DNA of 32,017 nucleotides from Promethearchaeota archaeon (lineage in GTDB: Archaea; Asgardarchaeota; Lokiarchaeia; Sigyniarchaeales; SOKP01): contig JAHPZE010000038.1 in assembly GCA_019058365.1 (NCBI GenBank), positions 1 through 32,017 of the forward strand. The letters run 5' to 3'. This document shows, piece after piece, positions 10,994-17,889 of the stretch (position 1 is the stretch's first letter; every line of letters starts with the position of its first letter). Made by a program: the position numbers and the translations under genes. The notes beneath the pieces were generated by a model. The model was not told the origin of the DNA. It saw nothing but the letters and a program-made list of their open reading frames with translations, and made no database searches.

Positions 10994-11416
10994 ATGACTG
11001 AAAGTGAGAGAGATTTTACAATAAAAAGTTATATAGATTATTTATCCGAAAAGAAATTAATGGGTTCAAAATGTAAAAATTGTGGAGCTACTTATGTTCC
11101 TGTAAGAAAATTATGCACTAAATGCTATAAGGCAAATATGGAATGGATGGAAATGTCAGGAAATGGTAAAATTGCAGCTTTCACAAGTATTACTGTAGGA
11201 ACTCCATTTTTTGTTGAAAAGGGATATAATAGAGATAAACCTTATTGTTTTTCAGTAATAAAATTAGACGAAGGTCCAATGGTGAGCGGACAGTTGATAG
11301 GAGTGAATGAAAGTAAACCTGAAACAATTAATATTGGAATGCCTGTTAGAGCAACTTTTATTGAAACAGATATCAAAGGTGAAACAAGAGTAGATTTAGG
11401 TTTTGAGCCTAAATGA
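10994..11416 (+). CDS. DUF35 Zn-ribbon/OB-fold thiolase partner protein
   Basis: CKNC..CTKC zinc ribbon, then the OB-fold pattern GKIAAFT...PYCFSVIKLDEG...IGMPV. Lies 11 nt downstream of the thiolase. Confidence 0.92.
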   Translation: MTESERDFTIKSYIDYLSEKKLMGSKCKNCGATYVPVRKLCTKCYKANMEWMEMSGNGKIAAFTSITVGTPFFVEKGYNRDKPYCFSVIKLDEGPMVSGQLIGVNESKPETINIGMPVRATFIETDIKGETRVDLGFEPK

Positions 11417-11422
11417 ATTCAA

Positions 11423-11442
11423 ATTTTTTATTTTTTTTATTT
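11423..11442 (+). terminator. Oligo-T terminator after thiolase-DUF35
   Basis: TTTTTTATTTTTTTATTTT immediately after the stop codon. Confidence 0.5.
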
Positions 11443-11496
11443 TAAATAATTATCAGGTTTTTTTCAAAAACATTTTTTATTATTAGGTGAATTTGG

Positions 11497-12657
11497 ATAA
11501 AAAAATTATACAAAATCTTAATTCCAATCGTATTTTCATCAATTGTAATATTCTCTGTTATTTACTTATATTTTCCATCACATAACATATCAATTCAAAA
11601 TTATGATATAGAATTAGAATTTAATGGTGATAACGCTTATTCTTATGTGCAGGATCAGTTAGACATTGGATTCCGTATACCAGGAACCCCAGAACGCGTA
11701 AATTGTGCTAATTACTTTATTTCTAAATTTAAAGAAATTAATAGCAATTTCACATATGCTCTACATAATTTTACTATTCACTCGATTGATTGCCAAAATG
11801 TACTTTTTAAGTTAAATGAAGATAATTCGAATATAGTAATACTAGGAGCCCACTATGATTCTCGTGCTAAAGCGACTAAGGATCCCATAATAATAAACAG
11901 AAACAATCCTGTTCCAGGGGGAAATGATGGAGCAAGTGGTTGCGCTGTTTTAATTGAGCTCGCTAGGATACTTTATTCTGAGCGAGTTAATTTATCTTGT
12001 CAAATCTGGTTCTTATTTTTTGATGCTGAAGATCAAGGAAAAGATAATGCCTATGGAATAGATGAATGGGATTGGTGTGAAGGTTCTCAGCAATTTGGAT
12101 TAGATATTAAAAATTTTTATGATTCAGATACAGAGGATTTTGATTGCATGATTTTATTAGATATGGTTGGAGGAGAAAATTTGCAGTTTATTAATGAACA
12201 ATACTCTACATCCTCATTATTAGATGAGATATTTATAATTGGAAGACAATTAGGTTATACTAATCAATTTCAATCGAATCCGGAAAGTGCCTCGATAATA
12301 GATGATCATAGAGCGTTTGTGAGTGCGAAAATTCCTTCAGCCGATTTAATAATTAATTTTTGGGATAATCCCGGTTGGCCTTATCATCATACTACTGAAG
12401 ATGATCTTTCTCATATTTCAAATACTAGTCTTGAAATTACGGGTAAAACAGTAGAACAATTCATCTACAATAACTATATTGATGATCCAAATAATCTATA
12501 TCGTGGGAATTATCCGTGGAGTCAAGATATAAATGTACCAAATATAGACGTAATTATAATTGTTATTATTTTGTTTACTATTCTCGGGATTGCTGTATTA
12601 ATGCACAATACTACAAAGAAAATATCTGAAAAAGAATCGGACATGCCGAAAAATTAA
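11497..12657 (+). CDS. M28 family metallopeptidase / glutaminyl-cyclase-like, membrane anchored (start uncertain; ORF track starts at 11647)
   Basis: Zn-ligand motifs GAHYDSR, GGNDGASG, FFDAED, LLDMVG, DDH and HHTTED; C-terminal TM helix. The frame is open upstream to 11491 and encodes a signal/TM segment plus the family-typical FNGDNAYSYVQDQLDIGFRIPGT. Confidence 0.85.
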   Translation: MKKLYKILIPIVFSSIVIFSVIYLYFPSHNISIQNYDIELEFNGDNAYSYVQDQLDIGFRIPGTPERVNCANYFISKFKEINSNFTYALHNFTIHSIDCQNVLFKLNEDNSNIVILGAHYDSRAKATKDPIIINRNNPVPGGNDGASGCAVLIELARILYSERVNLSCQIWFLFFDAEDQGKDNAYGIDEWDWCEGSQQFGLDIKNFYDSDTEDFDCMILLDMVGGENLQFINEQYSTSSLLDEIFIIGRQLGYTNQFQSNPESASIIDDHRAFVSAKIPSADLIINFWDNPGWPYHHTTEDDLSHISNTSLEITGKTVEQFIYNNYIDDPNNLYRGNYPWSQDINVPNIDVIIIVIILFTILGIAVLMHNTTKKISEKESDMPKN

Positions 12658-12759
12658 TTATATGGATATTTCACCAAATTAGACTTGAACTATTAATTTT
12701 TTGTATATCTTCGAATTTAGACATTTCTGTAAGTAATAGCTTGGAGAATTAAAAACTTT

Positions 12760-13401
12760 TCAATTCTTAATACCTAAAACTGCTCGATGTCTCTTTCTAT
12801 CATCATAAATTTCTAATAGGTTAAATGAATGAAATACCTCATGAATTTCCTCTATAGTGAAAAAATGATGTAGGAGCCCTTTTTCTTGCCCTGCTTGAGG
12901 AATATAAGTATTTTTCTCAATTTCCTTTAACTTCCACTTTTTTAATCCAGATCTACCTTCTAACCTTGGAAAGGTTATATAGAGAATGCCCCCTTTTTTT
13001 AAAACCCTTTCAATTTCACTTACAGTTCTTTTGATATTTTTCATTTTATTATGGTGGATAACTTGGATTGAGATAATAGCATCAAAAAAATCATCGTTGT
13101 AAGGAAATTTTTCTTCCATTCTATGAATTATTATTTCAGCTTTTAGATTTTCCTCTGATAACCACCGTTTTGCAATCGAAACTCCTTTAGGCGACGCATC
13201 CATACCATAAACTTCAAATCCTTTCTTTGAGAAATATAAAAGGTGGCGACCAGTTCCAGATCCTATGTCCAATATCCTCTGCACTCCCTTCTTTTCAAAG
13301 AGTTTAGCAAGTTTCTCCATATCCTGGTGAGGTTCAGTGAAAACTTTACCCTTTTCAGAAAAAATATTGTCCCAATCTGGCATTGAAGGTTTTAATCTCA
13401 A
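12760..13401 (-). CDS. Class I SAM-dependent methyltransferase (likely true start ATG 13383)
   Basis: Motif I ILDIGSGTGRH, followed by GMDAS, FFDAIIS..VIHH and RVLKKGG. Confidence 0.9.
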   Translation of the reverse strand: MRLKPSMPDWDNIFSEKGKVFTEPHQDMEKLAKLFEKKGVQRILDIGSGTGRHLLYFSKKGFEVYGMDASPKGVSIAKRWLSEENLKAEIIIHRMEEKFPYNDDFFDAIISIQVIHHNKMKNIKRTVSEIERVLKKGGILYITFPRLEGRSGLKKWKLKEIEKNTYIPQAGQEKGLLHHFFTIEEIHEVFHSFNLLEIYDDRKRHRAVLGIKN

Positions 13402-13412
13402 AAATTTGTATA

Positions 13413-14378
13413 TTAATCGTAATTACATTCCCAGAAGTATCTACCATGTTCCTTCTTAAAATCTTCTGCTACTTCATCAACTTGTGGGCGAATAAATTCA
13501 TATCCCTCTTTAATACATTCATAATTAACAGGTAACGGATCTAAAATTTCTCCATCAACTTGACAAATATAAGGATTAGATTCTTCAGAATCTAACATCT
13601 CAACTCTAACTTTTTTACTAGTAAATTCATAAATATTTGGATGAGGTAGGAGAGTAGCTTTATACATCCTATTAAAATGTTTAAGCAATTTAAATTTACT
13701 AATATCGACAATATTTACATGAAAAATTCCATCATCAACTCTAGCTTTTTGACAAATGTACATAAATCCTCCGTATGATGGACCATTCGCAACCGCTAAG
13801 CAATTGGCATATCCTTCATAAGTATCATTATCCATAGTTACCTTAATTCGTTTATTCTTCCATGGCAATAAAGCTTTAAGAGTCTGAGTAACGTAGCTCT
13901 TTCCTCTTTTTGCTTCATTAAATCTTCTGGTTACATCACTATCGAACCCCTGACTTCCAATTCCTAAGAAGTAACGCTCAATGCCCGTGTCTGTTTTTGC
14001 AAAACCAATATCCGATTTACTACTATTACCTTCAGCGACTATTCCACAAGATCTCTTTATATCTGGAGGGATTCCAATAGCGGCGGGAATATCATTTCCA
14101 GATCCCATAGGAATAAACCCACATAATGCATTAGTATTTGAGGTTATTACTCCATTCATAACTTCATTGCAAGTGCCATCTCCTCCAGCCCCAATGACCC
14201 TATAACCCTCTTTTGCTAATTCCCTTCCTAATTCTATAGCATGTCTCATATATTCAGTTTCAAACAATTTATATGAAATATCTAACTCTTTTAGACATTT
14301 TTCCATAAAATTGATATCTTTCTTTGCCCCTTTTCCTTTACCAGACTCAGGATTATAAATAATTGCATAATCTTCCAT
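13413..14378 (-). CDS. Diacylglycerol kinase family (YegS/DagK-like) lipid kinase
   Basis: Contains NPESGKG, GGDGT, PMGSGND, NGPSYGG and QVDGE. Confidence 0.92.
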   Translation of the reverse strand: MEDYAIIYNPESGKGKGAKKDINFMEKCLKELDISYKLFETEYMRHAIELGRELAKEGYRVIGAGGDGTCNEVMNGVITSNTNALCGFIPMGSGNDIPAAIGIPPDIKRSCGIVAEGNSSKSDIGFAKTDTGIERYFLGIGSQGFDSDVTRRFNEAKRGKSYVTQTLKALLPWKNKRIKVTMDNDTYEGYANCLAVANGPSYGGFMYICQKARVDDGIFHVNIVDISKFKLLKHFNRMYKATLLPHPNIYEFTSKKVRVEMLDSEESNPYICQVDGEILDPLPVNYECIKEGYEFIRPQVDEVAEDFKKEHGRYFWECNYD

Positions 14379-14565
14379 TTTTCTCAGATCTGATTATCCA
14401 AGTGATTTTTAATATTTTCAAAATCTATAATCATTATTTTAAATTATAAACTATTTAAAATTATATTTAAATTTTAAAATATGAGAGTATAATTTTAAGT
14501 TTAGAGCTTATTGAATAATTTATTTTAGAGTAGTATAATATTGGGAAGAAATGTTAAACAGAATA

Positions 14566-15357
14566 TTAGTGCACTCTCCATTCATGGCCGCATTCTGCAC
14601 AGCAATTTTTCTTACCATATATTTTAGGATAGTCCAAGATTATTACGCTCTTATCAATCATTTCATGTATAAGCCCCTCATTTCCACAATTAGGGCATTT
14701 TCTACGCCCACCAGGATTTTCGAGCAATACAACATTATTTTTTTGAGAATTTAAAGATAAATCGTCTCTATTAGTAGCTAAAACAGGTTTGTTGCTTTCT
14801 AGTAAGGTTTCATTTTTGATAGATGATTCAGCTTTTTCAAGCAGATAATCTTGATTGACCATTATCAAATATCCTTTAACTATTGAATGAAATTCATTTT
14901 TTTGTGGTAATCTATCATACTCTTCTATGAAATTTTCTATAAACCTCTGAACATCCTCATCTTTGATAATATATCCTTTTAATTTAACTAAAACTTTAAT
15001 CTCTTGGACTATATCTTCTTTTGAAGGAACTGATTCCTCGATTTTAGAGATAGATGTTGAGATGTTCAACTTTTTCTCGAGTTCATTCCATAATTGGTTT
15101 ACCTGTAAATCCGTCAATTTTCCGTTTATTTGAATATAAACTCTTTTTTCGGGTTCCTGTAATATTGTAATCCTATTATTTTTCTGTTCGTCTTTATCAA
15201 TCTTAGTATCAAAATAATTTATTCTGAGCAAAGAACTTCCCAGTCTTTCAGAATCAGTTGATAAAGACAATTTATTTTCTAATACGTTCTTCATTATATC
15301 TTGAATATCATTATGATTTTTATCTCTTAATTCAAACGAGTAACTTCTTTCCAGCAT
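14566..15357 (-). CDS. Hypothetical protein with C-terminal Zn-ribbon
   Basis: 263 aa; C-terminus RRKCPNCG...DYPKIYGKKNCCAECGHEW has two CxxC pairs. Confidence 0.7.
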   Translation of the reverse strand: MLERSYSFELRDKNHNDIQDIMKNVLENKLSLSTDSERLGSSLLRINYFDTKIDKDEQKNNRITILQEPEKRVYIQINGKLTDLQVNQLWNELEKKLNISTSISKIEESVPSKEDIVQEIKVLVKLKGYIIKDEDVQRFIENFIEEYDRLPQKNEFHSIVKGYLIMVNQDYLLEKAESSIKNETLLESNKPVLATNRDDLSLNSQKNNVVLLENPGGRRKCPNCGNEGLIHEMIDKSVIILDYPKIYGKKNCCAECGHEWRVH

Positions 15358-15574
15358 TTTACCGTTCTTAACCCTAATTAAAGTGTATTTATTCCTTCAA
15401 TCTAGATAATTTTATTCTAGTTTTTTTTATTTAAAATGTTTCTCTTCTGATATGATTTAAAATCTAAATTTGTAAATGGCGAATTTAATTATTCCAAATT
15501 TCATTTGTTATGTTAAGAAAATTTATATTGATATTTTTATTTAATTTGACCATAGAACAACTGTTTTTTTTGTT

Positions 15575-16276
15575 ATGGAGAAAAAGGATTTACCCTCAGC
15601 ATTTACCAAGAAAAGATTGAAGAAAAAGGAACCATCTTCTAAAAGGAAAATTATAATTGCGATTATATTAATTGCTTTTGCGTTTTCAGGATCCTTTTTG
15701 ATTTATTTTATAATGCAATCAGCATTACATACAAACACACCTATGGTGGTTGTTGTAAGCGGGTCCATGGAACCAACCCTACTTAAAGGGGATTTATTGT
15801 TTCTAGAAGGAAAGAATCCATCTCTAATAAAAAATGGTACAATTGAAGGAAAGGAGGGTGATATTATTGTATTTAATGCTGTTGGGTTGCCTGGTTGGCC
15901 AAATGCTCCTGCTGATCCAATTGTTCATAGAGTTATTGATAAAAAGTATGATAATGGTTGGTTTTTCCGCACGAAAGGGGATGCAAATCTCTTTCCAGAT
16001 AATGATTGGGTTTCAGATAATAGAATTCTAGGTGTTGTAGTAGGACGGATCCCCTATATTGGATGGGTAAAAATCATACTCACTGAGTCTGGATTATTAA
16101 TTCCACTTTTAGTGATTGTTTCAGCTTTACTACTTATAAGCATCATCCGGGATATAGTAAAAAAGGATGATGAGAATAAAGATAAAAAAGAGGGAGAACA
16201 AAGCCTAATCTATAATCCAAAAGCTAAGGATAATGATTTAGTCAGAGAAATTGAAATTGATTTCACTAAAAAATAA
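15575..16276 (+). CDS. sec11: Signal peptidase I, archaeal/ER type (S26B, Sec11-like)
   Basis: N-terminal TM helix, catalytic Ser in VVSGSMEP, GDI, catalytic His in IVHRV, TKGDAN, and a C-terminal TM helix. Confidence 0.93.
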   Translation: MEKKDLPSAFTKKRLKKKEPSSKRKIIIAIILIAFAFSGSFLIYFIMQSALHTNTPMVVVVSGSMEPTLLKGDLLFLEGKNPSLIKNGTIEGKEGDIIVFNAVGLPGWPNAPADPIVHRVIDKKYDNGWFFRTKGDANLFPDNDWVSDNRILGVVVGRIPYIGWVKIILTESGLLIPLLVIVSALLLISIIRDIVKKDDENKDKKEGEQSLIYNPKAKDNDLVREIEIDFTKK

Positions 16277-16422
16277 ATAATTCCTTCCATTTAATAGCAA
16301 AGCAATCATCTATTCATTTTTTCAAAAAGTATATATAGATTTATAAAATATTAAACCAAATATTAACTTATTAAAATTTTATAGTAAAATTCTAATAAAG
16401 AAAAAATTTAGGTGTAAAACAA

Positions 16423-16641
16423 ATGGGATGGACTCCTCCCAGTAAATTTATTGTAATATTAACATGTCTTTTAATGATTTTTGGAATTTTTATCTTTATA
16501 GACCTATATATGGGTATTTGGACAAGCATTTTACCAGTATTTAATCTTGGTGCATACAATGCATGGCTCATTATTGGATTGATACTATTTTTTCTTACTT
16601 GGTTTCTCTTCTTTCTAGGCGTAAAATTGAAAGGTATATAA
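16423..16641 (+). CDS. Small two-TM membrane protein
   Basis: 72 aa with two hydrophobic helices; AGGTG RBS-like sequence upstream and a T-tract downstream. Confidence 0.7.
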   Translation: MGWTPPSKFIVILTCLLMIFGIFIFIDLYMGIWTSILPVFNLGAYNAWLIIGLILFFLTWFLFFLGVKLKGI

Positions 16642-16896
16642 TTCTATAAATTAATTTTTCTATTTTTTTTCTACTTTTATTAGTAAGTATCCCCTTTAAC
16701 TTAGATTTTTAAAATATATAAAATCCTTATTAATCTGACAATAAAATTTAAAACATTTCTAAAATTTCAAGAAAATGTTATTACGTAATTTAAAATCAAA
16801 AATACAATAAAACTATAAAACGTAATACGCAAACGCAAATTAGCAAAAAAAGTAAAGAAATACAATTAAAAATTAAAAACTAAAGAGGAAATTAAA

Positions 16897-17211
16897 ATGG
16901 CAAAAGAAAAAGAAACCAATTCTGTTTTCGTAGGCCGCCGTCCAACAATGAACTATGTGATGGCCACTATGATGATCCTTAATAAAGGCGAGGAATGTAC
17001 TGTTAAAGCTCGAGGTAGAGCTATTTCTCATGCTGTCGATGTATGTGAAATCTTGAGAAATCGATTCTTAAAAGGTACAGAATATAGGGACATCAAATTA
17101 AGCACTGAACAATTAGAAGGCGAAAGAATTACCGGGTAGACCGATAATTTCGCATACGGACAAAATAACAACGTCTCAAGCATTGAAATTGTTCTTGCTC
17201 CACCGAAATAA
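16897..17211 (+). CDS. albA: DNA/RNA-binding chromatin protein Alba (Sac10b family); predicted spliced CDS join(16897..17125,17156..17211), 94 aa
   Basis: VFVGRRPTMNYV and KARGRAISHAVDVCE are Alba hallmarks. The conserved last strand NVSSIEIVL lies in the same frame beyond the TAG at 17137-17139 and ends at TAA 17209-17211. Confidence 0.93.
17126..17155 (+). other. Predicted 30-nt bulge-helix-bulge (BHB) intron in alba mRNA
   Basis: Central 4-bp helix GCGA(17120-23)/UCGC(17150-53), 3-nt bulges AA^G(17124-26) and AU^A(17154-56), intron stem AAUUA/UAAUU + CGG/CCG, and outer pair G17119-C17157. Excision is in frame and removes the UAG. Confidence 0.82.
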
Positions 17212-17212
17212 A

Positions 17213-17269
17213 CAGTGAAATTATCTTTACTTCGCTGAATCAAAATAACACAATTTTTACTTTTTTTTT
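17213..17269 (+). terminator. 3' hairpin plus oligo-T tract after alba
   Basis: CAGTGAA(17213-19) pairs with TTCGCTG(17231-37) with one G-U pair, followed by TTTTTACTTTTTTTTT. Confidence 0.5.
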
Positions 17270-17630
17270 AATATTATACTCTTTCGATTTATTCTAATTT
17301 AAGTTTTTTAAAAAAAGATTTTAATTCAAAACCAAAATTATAATAATAAATTAATAAATTTTTATTTATGAAGGAAGAGAAGAATGATTTTTATTAAACC
17401 ATTATCATTTAAAAAGATATTATCTTGTTAATAAATCTCTTTGTAGGTTATTATTGTTTGATTTCTATCAGTTTTCTTGAAATAGAAAAGAAATTATGAA
17501 TTTTTTGCTAAAATCACAAACATTTAATAATACAGTTAGGAAAATAATAATTAACAAATCATAATTTGTTTCAATTTTAAATCCGATTTTAAATAATTAC
17601 TAAAAAAAATTCTAAAAGAGGAAGATAAAA

Positions 17631-17825
17631 ATGGCGAAAAAGGCTTCAGAACCTTTGTATGTTAAATCTAAGGTAAGAGAATTTATTAAGGGTAAAGGGT
17701 GCAACACTAGCAGTGGTGTTCTTGATGGGGAAACTTTAAATGCAATCATAATGGAACATCTTGATAATGCTATAAGACGAGCAAAAGCTAATAATAGAAA
17801 GACAGTAAAGGCAAGAGATTTATAA
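17631..17825 (+). CDS. Histone-fold protein, short-alpha3 type (face-to-face HTkC / Bd0055-like)
   Basis: 64 aa; N-terminal LYVKSKVREFIK and C-terminal RRAKANNRKTVKARDL histone-fold signature; the protein ends right after RDL. GAGGA RBS upstream. Confidence 0.85.
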   Translation: MAKKASEPLYVKSKVREFIKGKGCNTSSGVLDGETLNAIIMEHLDNAIRRAKANNRKTVKARDL

Positions 17826-17857
17826 ATTCACTTGCCAATCATAACAATTTTTTTTTT
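17810..17857 (+). terminator. 3' hairpin spanning the histone stop codon plus oligo-T tract
   Basis: GGCAAG(17810-15) pairs with CTTGCC(17831-36), followed by a 10-T run. Confidence 0.5.
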
Positions 17858-17889
17858 AATTTTCAATTTCTTTTTAAGAATTTTATTTA

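Noticed and set aside
9723-11416. Thiolase/DUF35 as the mevalonate-pathway complex
   Set aside because: No HMG-CoA synthase gene is adjacent, so the pathway cannot be assigned from this window.
17137-17139. Pyrrolysine or other stop-codon readthrough of the alba TAG
   Set aside because: Readthrough would add 10 residues to a loop and give 104 aa. No pyl genes are in the window and other genes here end normally in TAG. The BHB geometry independently predicts an exact in-frame excision. Disfavoured, not formally excluded.
16897-17139. alba as a truncated pseudogene
   Set aside because: Both flanking parts are intact with a strong RBS, and the downstream exon is in frame with its own stop and terminator.
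17028-17243. 71-aa antisense ORF over alba
   Set aside because: Shadow ORF opposite a recognisable gene, with no motifs.
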